Source: an uncultured virus (IMG/VR IMGVR_UViG_3300047094_001104) (Duplodnaviria > Heunggongvirae > Uroviricota > Caudoviricetes). Taken from it: a stretch of 64,000 nucleotides of DNA. Shown in pieces: positions 9,619 through 18,545 of this stretch. The first letter of the stretch is position 1. The number at the start of each line of letters is the position of its first letter. The notes beneath the pieces were generated by a model that saw nothing but the letters and a program-made list of their open reading frames with translations, made no database searches and was not told where the DNA came from. Position numbers and translations under genes: made by a program. The stretch lies in IMG/VR virus record IMGVR_UViG_3300047094_001104; one strand, written 5' to 3'.

Positions 9619-10701
9619 TTGGATGAGCCTATGCTAGATTTCCTTATAGTCGGGGCAGGATGTTTCGGGGCGACGTTTGCTAGAGTTGTGAAAGACCATG
9701 GCAAAAGTTGTTTGGTCATCGATAAGCGGGAGCATATAGCAGGAAATTGTTTCACCACTAAGCAGAACGGGATTGATGTCCATGAATATGGTGCCCATAT
9801 ATTTCATACCTCGAACGAAGAAGTATGGAACTTTGTTAATCGCTTCAGCAAATTTAATAATTACAGGCACACAGTTAAAGTTTCAAATTTTGGCAAGATC
9901 TACTCATTTCCCATAAACTTAATGACGCTATATCAGATGTGGGGAGTCCAAACTCCCGAGTCGGCCCACCATGCTCTTCAGCAAAGACAAATTCCATCCG
10001 TGGAAGATGATCTGGAATCCTATATCCTATCTCAAATAGGATCTGAACTCTATGAAACATTCGTACGAGATTACACGTTGAAACAATGGGGAACCGATCC
10101 TAAAAATTTGCCAAAATCCATCATCAAGCGTCTTCCAATAAGACTATCATTTGATGACAGGTATTTCTTGGATACATATCAGGGCATCCCTGTTGACGGC
10201 TACACATCTCTTTTTACTGAAATGCTTTCTGGAATTCGGGTCGAGACTGGGGTCGATTACTTCGCCAATAAGGGCCGACTAGATCGATTAGCAAAGAGGG
10301 TTGTTTATACTGGGCCAATTGATCAATATTTTGACTATGATTTTGGCAGACTAGGCTGGAGGAGTCTACGATTTGAGACTGAACTCGTAAGAAAGCCAGA
10401 CTATCAGGGGTGTAGTGTGATGAACTATACTGATAGAACTCCATTTACGCGGATATGTGAGCACAAGCATTTCACAGGAGTGCTTACAGATACGACAGTG
10501 ATAACAAGAGAATTTCCGTCAGATTCTGGAGACGAATTCTACCCGATTCGAACCAAGCATGACATAATCACCTATAATAGGTACAAGGCACTTACTTCTT
10601 TGGGAAGTACCATATTCGGTGGCCGATTAGGCCACTACAAATACATAGACATGCATCAAGCGATTGGTGCAGCTTTAAAGGCGGCGTATGAAGTATTATA
10701 G
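9619..10701 (+). CDS. glf: UDP-galactopyranose mutase
   Basis: IVGAGCFG FAD motif, HEYGAHIFHT, YTLKQWG, YQGIPVDGY, FTRICEHKHF, GRLGHYKYIDMH. Confidence 0.95.
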   Translation: MDEPMLDFLIVGAGCFGATFARVVKDHGKSCLVIDKREHIAGNCFTTKQNGIDVHEYGAHIFHTSNEEVWNFVNRFSKFNNYRHTVKVSNFGKIYSFPINLMTLYQMWGVQTPESAHHALQQRQIPSVEDDLESYILSQIGSELYETFVRDYTLKQWGTDPKNLPKSIIKRLPIRLSFDDRYFLDTYQGIPVDGYTSLFTEMLSGIRVETGVDYFANKGRLDRLAKRVVYTGPIDQYFDYDFGRLGWRSLRFETELVRKPDYQGCSVMNYTDRTPFTRICEHKHFTGVLTDTTVITREFPSDSGDEFYPIRTKHDIITYNRYKALTSLGSTIFGGRLGHYKYIDMHQAIGAALKAAYEVL

Positions 10702-10915
10702 ACTAGTGTTTAAAAAAGACAATTTAGGAGTATCGTTTTCTGAAATTTCAGAGCAGACGATAGATGATGCCACTTTTTCTAAAATGAATTGGGATAAGCC
10801 GATTATCAGACAATTTGATGGCAGATATCACCACTTTATCTCCTTGCATAGAGATTATTTAGAGTGCATTTTACTTGGAGTCGGCGTGTATCAGGAGTTG
10901 TCAAGTGGGATTTGA
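10688..10915 (+). CDS. Hypothetical protein
   Basis: 75-aa ORF overlapping both neighbours. Confidence 0.55.
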   Translation: MKYYRLVFKKDNLGVSFSEISEQTIDDATFSKMNWDKPIIRQFDGRYHHFISLHRDYLECILLGVGVYQELSSGI

Positions 10916-11387
10916 AATACAGGCAGATGATGTCCTATTCCTATATGCCCTTATAAGGGCATTTAAGATAAAGACAGTTCTAGAACTTGGCGGTCTGGAT
11001 GGCTTTTCTGCTAGATGCTTTTGTTGGGCAGGAGCAAAAGTTTGGAGCGTTGATGTGAACTCATTTTCAATCAACCATCCAGACCATATTATGATTTCCA
11101 AAAATATATCTGATATAAGAATTGAGGATATAGGGTCATCCATTGAGATGATATTCTTTGATGCTCACTGCTACGAAGAGCAGACTAAATGTCTTGAGCT
11201 TCTAAAAAGAGAGTCAGTTATTACAGATAGCACGATGTTGGTATTTCACGATACGGCAGGACACCATCAGATATCTGAAAAATTGATGGTTAATGACTTG
11301 ATATCTTCTGGCTACAGTTGCTTACATGTCCCGACAGAAAAGGGGCTAAGTATTTGTAGAAAAACTATTCCGCTGGAGATAGTGTGA
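10875..11387 (+). CDS. Class I SAM-dependent methyltransferase (Methyltransf_24-like)
   Basis: VLELGGLDGFS, WSVD, IFFDAHCY, LVFHDT. Confidence 0.85.
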   Translation: MESACIRSCQVGFEIQADDVLFLYALIRAFKIKTVLELGGLDGFSARCFCWAGAKVWSVDVNSFSINHPDHIMISKNISDIRIEDIGSSIEMIFFDAHCYEEQTKCLELLKRESVITDSTMLVFHDTAGHHQISEKLMVNDLISSGYSCLHVPTEKGLSICRKTIPLEIV

Positions 11388-12325
11388 TGCAAGAATGCAT
11401 ATGCTCACAGCCCGGATGGTGTAGTCGCCATTTTGAAACTAAAGATAGGAAAAAATGGCTAATGTGCCTAAAGAATGAAGGACATAGGCATAGCCTAGAT
11501 CTTAAATTTGGTACACCATATCACATGATGACCCAAGATCAAATCTCTTGTGTACACAGGTACGTAGAAGAAGAAAAGCATCTTCGTAAATTCATTCATG
11601 ATTATGACGAGCGGATCTTAGACGAATGTAAGATCCTACTTCTCGGACATCGCCCCGATCAATATGACGGGGAAGATAGAAATTATCTGTATCTTACTTT
11701 ACTGCAGGACATGGACCTAGGGACCTATAGACAATATCAAAACAATTGTTTTGCAGAATCTAGAGCTTTTTTAGCAGATATGCCAGAAGCAGAGTATGTC
11801 GGAGTTGTTACAGCTTCTTGGAATAGAAAATTTGGACCCAATAAAATCGATAATTTTCATAACTGGGATAACACCAAAATCTTGTTCAATAGTGGAGACA
11901 AAAACATAGTTTTGACGGCAGAAAGATCGTTATTTAAACATAACGACATTTTTCTGCTATTCAACAAGGGCTGCATAAGAGACTTTGAGAAATTCGCTAT
12001 CTCTCTTACCGGTGAAGTATGCAATTTTGGTCTTTGGTCCAATCAGATAATTTGTCACAGGAGTGTGTATCTCAGATTGCAAGAATTCTATAGGAGGGTA
12101 TTCCCGCTGGTGGTCCAAAAAATATTCTCGTACAACTTACGATCTGTAAAATGTAGTGGTATGCACAGTGACCAGAACCTGATCTACTCTGGCCCCGAAG
12201 TGGGTTTCAATAATAGAAAAGAAGGACTTTTCTTTGAATTTCTAACCAATCTATGGTTCGCATCTCAGAAGGATCTGATGATTCTACCTAATGCGGTCTG
12301 CAATACTGATTGGTACTTCCATTAG
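11384..12325 (+). CDS. Cys/His-motif N-terminus fused to a DUF4422/GT111-like glycosyltransferase
   Basis: AESRAF, EYVGVVTASWNRKF, NQIICHRSVY and RKEGLFFEFLTNLWF parallel the DUF4422 pattern (CEL..YVG..YRRYF..NMFI..GFLSERLL.VW). Confidence 0.5.
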   Translation: MMQECICSQPGWCSRHFETKDRKKWLMCLKNEGHRHSLDLKFGTPYHMMTQDQISCVHRYVEEEKHLRKFIHDYDERILDECKILLLGHRPDQYDGEDRNYLYLTLLQDMDLGTYRQYQNNCFAESRAFLADMPEAEYVGVVTASWNRKFGPNKIDNFHNWDNTKILFNSGDKNIVLTAERSLFKHNDIFLLFNKGCIRDFEKFAISLTGEVCNFGLWSNQIICHRSVYLRLQEFYRRVFPLVVQKIFSYNLRSVKCSGMHSDQNLIYSGPEVGFNNRKEGLFFEFLTNLWFASQKDLMILPNAVCNTDWYFH

Positions 12326-12333
12326 TCCTTCCA

Positions 12334-12801
12334 TTAGTCCTTCCAGTAGCCAGCAGGACATGAATTAGCGGCCCAACTAGCTTTAGTGGGAGTATGACAT
12401 CCACATTTCGTACATCTGTCTCCAGACAGAAAAGGGCACGTACTGCAAACCTTCAGCCTCTCCTGCTTCGTTTCTTCTGATACATGGCTAAAGCCGCTTT
12501 TAGCATGTTGTTTTATCGCCGATCCTAGGTTTTTAGCTTGCTGCCACAGTGACGGCATACTATGGGGCTTCTCCAATGTCGGTGCGACTTGCGGAGACTC
12601 AATCGCTGGAATCGTAGTAGGCGATTCTTTTTTATTGCACTCAACAAATCTCTGGCCCGGACCACGACACTCTTCCCATCTGTTGAAATAGGCTGGACTA
12701 TTTTGGCATAGCTTGTGCTGATGTGGAGATTTTTCGATCCCGTGCCTATTGCAAAAACCGGCAAGTGGACACGAGCAATCGGTCTTTTTGTTTTCTTCCA
12801 T
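12334..12801 (-). CDS. Cys-rich protein with DUF6171-like C-terminal domain
   Basis: ERLKVCSTCPF..RCTKCGC..KA....SCPAGYW; N-terminal CSCPLAGFCNRH motif. Confidence 0.7.
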   Translation of the reverse strand: MEENKKTDCSCPLAGFCNRHGIEKSPHQHKLCQNSPAYFNRWEECRGPGQRFVECNKKESPTTIPAIESPQVAPTLEKPHSMPSLWQQAKNLGSAIKQHAKSGFSHVSEETKQERLKVCSTCPFLSGDRCTKCGCHTPTKASWAANSCPAGYWKD

Positions 12802-12818
12802 ATCCTAAATCCTCTGGA

Positions 12819-15800
12819 TTACATTGCCTCTGTAATTGTCACATGAATTACTGAAGAATCACACTGAACATATCTAGTTGCATCTAGGCATCCACAATTA
12901 TTGAGATAATCTTCGGTGTGGTCTCCCCTGCTGTCTGATGCCGAGTTGAATATCATGCATTCGTCAATATTAAGCTTCCATGAGTTTCCAAGTACGCTAC
13001 ATAGGGTTCGACTTGGACAACATCCTGTCTCGATAGGATATGGAATGTATAAATAATCACCGCACTTATACGCTGCTACGCTTATATTCCCATCACTGAT
13101 GAACGGCTGACCACCAGATTCACAGTAAGTATATGCTCCAGCTATTGGTTGTGCCCTATCGCATGCGGAGCATCCAACTGGCTCGATAGTCTCTCCTATT
13201 TCGTAAGCGACCCCTCCTGACGATGTCATATATCCGTAATATGGAGCTGAATCTCTTACCGTTGCAGTATTTGCAGATCCACTAGCTGGGCCAGCACAAC
13301 ATGTGTCACATGGTGTAGTGCAATAATCCACTATTCCTGTCCCAACGACTTCAGCATATATACCTCTGGATTTTGCTAGCGTTACACAGACCGACTGTGG
13401 AGCTAGTTCGTAATATCCAAGAATCCCTCCACAAGTGCTATCATTGCAGGTACAGGGAGGAGGTTTTATAAAGCCCCCGCAAGCAACACTTGGCACTCCA
13501 TCTAGAACATATTCAAGTAAAGTTGGCGGATCTTGTAATAGGTCTCTCCTCCTCAAAACCGACTCGCAACATTCTACGTCCACCAATATTTTGAAGGGAT
13601 TAAATAAGCAATTATCTTGTTCTGAATAGGCAGATTTATCAAGATAATATCCCATACTGCTAAAGTTGTTAGCCAAAAAGGTCTTTGGGCTTCCGACACT
13701 AGCATCGATAGAAGACTGAGAATGTAGACTCATAATATGACAAGCATCGGAAACTATAGAACAACTTTTAGTATCTGATGTATATCTAAATAATGATGTA
13801 TTCACACCTATTAACGGAAGATAATCTTCAACAGTGATTATTACGTCATCTAATCCAACATTTTCAGTTATAGAAGTTTTAGCTGTTTCGTCACAAGCAT
13901 TGATAAATCTCGTATTTTCTGCTTCTAGTATTATGTCTGGCATTTCGTTAGTTTCAAAATCTTGATATCCAGTGTACCAGTCTCCTAAAACCAATGATGA
14001 ATTAGATGTACAAAGTTGTAGAGCCCCAAATCTAGATACTTTAGTACCTACAACATATTTCCTTCTTGGAAAGAACATTTTATTACAATAAAAGTCACTT
14101 CCACACTCTGCATGATCTTGTAAGCAACTATGGAATTTATTAGTCCAGTCTACCCCGAGTCTATTTGCTGGTGTGAAATATAAGCCAGTATCAAAAATAG
14201 CAGTACTACTATAGACTACTCCGGTCCCGCAAGGATTAGGAGGTGGACTGTTGTCTGTTTGATCTCCTAGATCAATGGCTGGAAAATATTTGTTACTAGG
14301 CACACCTGACTCATAGAATAGATTAAAATAATTCCACAGTCTGTCTTCGCCAGATGCTGGGGGTTCTCCTAAAATAAAATCTTGATTTGAATGGAGACCT
14401 TCTGAATAATGAGCATTGCAGACTCCCCTATATGACACAATGCCAGTTCCAGACATTTCTGGCTCAGAATAATATGCAGGAGTAACAGAGTCAGATGGGG
14501 TACAGAATGGGATCTCTACGCAAACAGTCCCAGTCCCAACTGGGTATCGATATGATCCTATCTGTTTAGGTTTACAGGATGATGCGGGCGTACCACCTAC
14601 TATATGTTGCCAATTTCTAGGTCTGGTATGGTACTCTCTGGCCACGTATAGGTTAAAGACATCTCCTGTACACTCTATCTTGTTAACCACCATAACTTCT
14701 GGAAAACAGGATCTTAGATTAACCGATACTCCACTATTCACATCACCAGACCAAGGGATTGGGTCTCCGCACGATCCAGCTTGAGCTGACTGATCATGAC
14801 TACAATCTCCATCACAAGTAGATGGTATTAGTGTTGTGCATACTAAATCGCCCTGACGTTCGCGATGTGGTTCTTCAAACTCATAGTAAACGCCAGTCGC
14901 TAGCATGTTGGGGCCAGTATGCCATGAACAAGCCGAATCAGCAATCAGATCTACTGGAGTAGACGCAAAATCAATTTCAGTATTCGAATTTATATAGACT
15001 GGGCCAATTGATCCATATTCTCCGGAATAACTTACGGCTACCACCAGTCCAGTTGTCTCTATCCCGTAAAAATCACAGACTGTGCCAGTTCCATATACTA
15101 AAGTTTTTGCACCAGATATATCTATAAGGGTTTTTCTCATTAACTGTAAATTACAATTGCAAACACATGGATTTTGATATTCCGGCGGTATAAACGTAAT
15201 TGTGTCACACTCATCACATACCACAGTTGGACAATCACAGGTTTCTACTGTGGGATTAGAGCATGCTGCACACGGAAAAAATGCTTGCTGGCCATAACTA
15301 TTTGTACCGGCACATCCATATTCGCTAAAATATGTATTACACCCAAAAACCTTATTAGAGGCGAGACTTGACAAAACATCTGCTGGAGAATTTAAAACTC
15401 CTAACGACTTTAAGCTATCAATAAGGGGCTCAGGAATGATTTCAAAAATTTGCTCATTTCCACTCGGGACCAAAACAAAGCTTGCTTTCAGTTGTAGATC
15501 AGACGCAGCCGAAGGGAAATGATGGCCGCAGCCAGCATTTTCATACATTACATCTAAAACATTACTAGCCCCAGTAATTTGAGATAGGGTTAAGTAATTC
15601 CTTATAATCCCAGTAGCGTCTGGAGGTATTAAATGATCGTGAGCCCCCTCGCATGCTAACTTAAATGATGCATAGACAGAAAATCCGGGAGACCTAACCG
15701 TTGGAGCAGGCGTGAAATAATCATTCAGTCTATCCTGAGCACAATCTGGCACATTGATGTATGAGTTATTTATATTCCAAGTTGTCCATCCTGCAGAGAT

Positions 15801-18407
15801 ATTGCTTCCTCTGAGCTTTATATTCATAAGATCAAATTGATTTGCTATGCACGAACACGTATTGCCAACGTACGAGCTTGTCAAATCTATTCCACTAACT
15901 AGTCCGTCACATGGTACACCAAATCCAGTCTCACATGAGTATGTTGGATCAAAGTTGGTCCCCTTATAAGTGCAATGATTCCATCCATACTTTTCTCCTC
16001 TAGCATGAGAGAAACTGGTATTTAGCCCAGCGGTTTCTAATATTAGGTCAGTTTGTGCAGCCTCAATGCTTCCGCATCCGACACAATCATCTGTATGATC
16101 AATCTCCACCAAGAATGGAACTTTGTCTGTCGGCCATCCACTGGCTCTGGTTGAGCAAAGATCAAAATCTAAGTATGGATACTCAGGAGGGGGTCCATCA
16201 CACGCCAGTCCATAAGCAATAGCTGGCTTGGGTCGGAAGTACGGCGATACTACTCTTCCCTGACTATCAGAAACTCCCCAGAATGGATAATTTCCTGATG
16301 CAGAGAACCCTCCTACCTGTCCACTTTCTAGTGTATATGGATTATTGAATTGCCAATACATGGGTTGAGGATCTGTGGGAGCTACTCCAGTATTCCTATA
16401 ATCCCCGGCTTGTACTAAGTTCGCAAATGCAGAGGTGATTACCTCTCTACGATCATGATATTCATTTCCGCAAAGATTACGAATGAAACCATAGGTAGTA
16501 TATGGCTGCTTGGGAAGACAAGCATAATCTGATGACGGGATAGGGCACTCACTTAAGCTTCCCCCTTCACATTCTGACGCCCATTTATATTGCCACAATA
16601 TGTCATTACATCCGTAATCCTCGGGATACAGGTCAAACTTTGGGAATGTTGGAAAGGTAACAGGAGATGGAACTTCGACAAAAATAGGATCTCTGAGACC
16701 CGGTGGAACATCGTCTCCACAGCCGCAGACGTCTTGTGGTTTGGTCTTAGGCCCCCACACGTTTGAGAGATTGATGTACATATAAATCTCTTGACCAGAC
16801 AACCCCTTTCTTAAGTCTTCTACCCCCGTAGGGGCAAAATATGGGTGTCCTGATTCACTATATGTGCAACCATCATCGAAATTACAGCCACGATAAACAA
16901 TGGCTAATCTACTAATCATATTAGTAATTTGTTTGTATGGCCCATCACATTCTTGAAATCTTTCGGAATACTGAGTAATACAATCTGGGTATACCGATAA
17001 TGAGGCCTTCTTACTGTAGCAAGTCCCATTATTTCCTTGGGTTTTGTTATATTTTCCATCTACCCGAACGGACGTATCATATTTGTCTATGTCAAAGAAT
17101 GCCCCATAGTATGGGTGCTCTTGTGAGAATACCGGATAACCACTCTCAAGAAGTACACCAGTCTCAGTCACATCTGGAATGGTTTTGTTGACCCTAAACG
17201 AGTTGGCGGGATTGATCTGGCTAGTGGTCCCCAACCCGTATGTATATCTATTTTCTGGGAACCTATTGGCCTGAAGCTTGTTTTTATTATTATTGAAAAT
17301 TCGGCCAAGATCTGAGTGATAGTTTTTGACACTATTGGGCCTTTTGGTGTCATTCGATATGTTGTGGGCTGCTCCACCGCAACACGTATTCGGGTCTGAC
17401 GTTCCAAGGGCCGACCAGCGGTGCCCAGTTTCTAATACCTCGCCACTACCCAACGTGCCAACAACCTTACAGTCGGTTACCCCACTTGAGTGAGTCACTC
17501 CAAAGACTCTGTATCCCCCATCTAGATATGAGCCATATACACCAAGAGCCATACCATCGGCTATGCCCGAAGCCACTCCACTATTATAGATTAAACCTAA
17601 ATGAAGGAAGTCTTCGATCCCACCACTTCGGTAAACATAAGCTTCTCCTTTATATAAAGACGGAATTGATCCATCTTGGACGCAGCCCCGCTCTCCCGAT
17701 ACACGGATCTGGAATGGGTCATATTCTAGGCCAAAATTATCACCTCTCAGAATCTCTTGTTTCGGAGAACCATCACACTCCGAAACTACGCTAGAGTCCA
17801 TATAGATATTGTCATAGCATACGTCTTGTGATATGTATCTCCAAGCCCCAGTCTTGTTCTTAAAGATGGTGTCCGTAGTTGAGATTTTGGTCCCATAGCC
17901 GAAATTTTCTGGGAACTTCTTGTATACCTTGGTAGGATCTGATTGGTCGCATGATTCAAGATCTGAAGTGGCCGTACCGGCCCTATCAATCAGGTAAACC
18001 TCAGCCCCACCACGCTCTATGTCATCCCTAGTGGCACCGTTATAGTGTTTCAGCCCAGAAAATTCATCGGCAGTAGGATCGTCTGGGTCGTAAACGGACC
18101 TATATAGTACGTCTGGTCGTTGTTCGTCTCTAAATGGACCCTGAACTGGCCCTAGAGTACCGCATTGCTTGGTGGCGAAGTGTAGCTCATCATACCCATC
18201 GAAGAAGTCGTAGTGGCCATTTGAGAAGATGGCTGTGCCACTTGTTAATACGTTGCCACTTCCATCATTGAAGCCCCAGAAGGTAGGATTGGCAATAACT
18301 CTGATCTTGAGCTGCTTCGGTAAAGAGATAGTGCCGTCCTGACCACAGAACTGGTCATTGATGCAGTTTCTGCTACATTCGTAGCACCCAGATAGCATAT
18401 CGGCCAT
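12819..18407 (-). CDS. Very large Cys-rich putative tail tip/fibre protein (1862 aa)
   Basis: Last large gene of the tail module; about 90 Cys by manual count; AGGA SD upstream. Confidence 0.7.
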   Translation of the reverse strand: MADMLSGCYECSRNCINDQFCGQDGTISLPKQLKIRVIANPTFWGFNDGSGNVLTSGTAIFSNGHYDFFDGYDELHFATKQCGTLGPVQGPFRDEQRPDVLYRSVYDPDDPTADEFSGLKHYNGATRDDIERGGAEVYLIDRAGTATSDLESCDQSDPTKVYKKFPENFGYGTKISTTDTIFKNKTGAWRYISQDVCYDNIYMDSSVVSECDGSPKQEILRGDNFGLEYDPFQIRVSGERGCVQDGSIPSLYKGEAYVYRSGGIEDFLHLGLIYNSGVASGIADGMALGVYGSYLDGGYRVFGVTHSSGVTDCKVVGTLGSGEVLETGHRWSALGTSDPNTCCGGAAHNISNDTKRPNSVKNYHSDLGRIFNNNKNKLQANRFPENRYTYGLGTTSQINPANSFRVNKTIPDVTETGVLLESGYPVFSQEHPYYGAFFDIDKYDTSVRVDGKYNKTQGNNGTCYSKKASLSVYPDCITQYSERFQECDGPYKQITNMISRLAIVYRGCNFDDGCTYSESGHPYFAPTGVEDLRKGLSGQEIYMYINLSNVWGPKTKPQDVCGCGDDVPPGLRDPIFVEVPSPVTFPTFPKFDLYPEDYGCNDILWQYKWASECEGGSLSECPIPSSDYACLPKQPYTTYGFIRNLCGNEYHDRREVITSAFANLVQAGDYRNTGVAPTDPQPMYWQFNNPYTLESGQVGGFSASGNYPFWGVSDSQGRVVSPYFRPKPAIAYGLACDGPPPEYPYLDFDLCSTRASGWPTDKVPFLVEIDHTDDCVGCGSIEAAQTDLILETAGLNTSFSHARGEKYGWNHCTYKGTNFDPTYSCETGFGVPCDGLVSGIDLTSSYVGNTCSCIANQFDLMNIKLRGSNISAGWTTWNINNSYINVPDCAQDRLNDYFTPAPTVRSPGFSVYASFKLACEGAHDHLIPPDATGIIRNYLTLSQITGASNVLDVMYENAGCGHHFPSAASDLQLKASFVLVPSGNEQIFEIIPEPLIDSLKSLGVLNSPADVLSSLASNKVFGCNTYFSEYGCAGTNSYGQQAFFPCAACSNPTVETCDCPTVVCDECDTITFIPPEYQNPCVCNCNLQLMRKTLIDISGAKTLVYGTGTVCDFYGIETTGLVVAVSYSGEYGSIGPVYINSNTEIDFASTPVDLIADSACSWHTGPNMLATGVYYEFEEPHRERQGDLVCTTLIPSTCDGDCSHDQSAQAGSCGDPIPWSGDVNSGVSVNLRSCFPEVMVVNKIECTGDVFNLYVAREYHTRPRNWQHIVGGTPASSCKPKQIGSYRYPVGTGTVCVEIPFCTPSDSVTPAYYSEPEMSGTGIVSYRGVCNAHYSEGLHSNQDFILGEPPASGEDRLWNYFNLFYESGVPSNKYFPAIDLGDQTDNSPPPNPCGTGVVYSSTAIFDTGLYFTPANRLGVDWTNKFHSCLQDHAECGSDFYCNKMFFPRRKYVVGTKVSRFGALQLCTSNSSLVLGDWYTGYQDFETNEMPDIILEAENTRFINACDETAKTSITENVGLDDVIITVEDYLPLIGVNTSLFRYTSDTKSCSIVSDACHIMSLHSQSSIDASVGSPKTFLANNFSSMGYYLDKSAYSEQDNCLFNPFKILVDVECCESVLRRRDLLQDPPTLLEYVLDGVPSVACGGFIKPPPCTCNDSTCGGILGYYELAPQSVCVTLAKSRGIYAEVVGTGIVDYCTTPCDTCCAGPASGSANTATVRDSAPYYGYMTSSGGVAYEIGETIEPVGCSACDRAQPIAGAYTYCESGGQPFISDGNISVAAYKCGDYLYIPYPIETGCCPSRTLCSVLGNSWKLNIDECMIFNSASDSRGDHTEDYLNNCGCLDATRYVQCDSSVIHVTITEAM

Positions 18408-18517
18408 TGTATGTCCTAATCAGCCAGAAGATTGCTGGCTATGTTCCTAAGTTTATTTATGAATTTTTCATATGCTAATTGCGGTGAAGATTCTTTTAAT
18501 TTATCACGTTCATTTGA

Positions 18518-18545
18518 AATAAGTAATAAGTAATAAGTAATAAAT
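18518..18545. repeat. 7-bp tandem repeat (AATAAGT)x3 plus AATAAAT
   Basis: Read directly in the intergenic region between tail genes. Confidence 0.85.
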
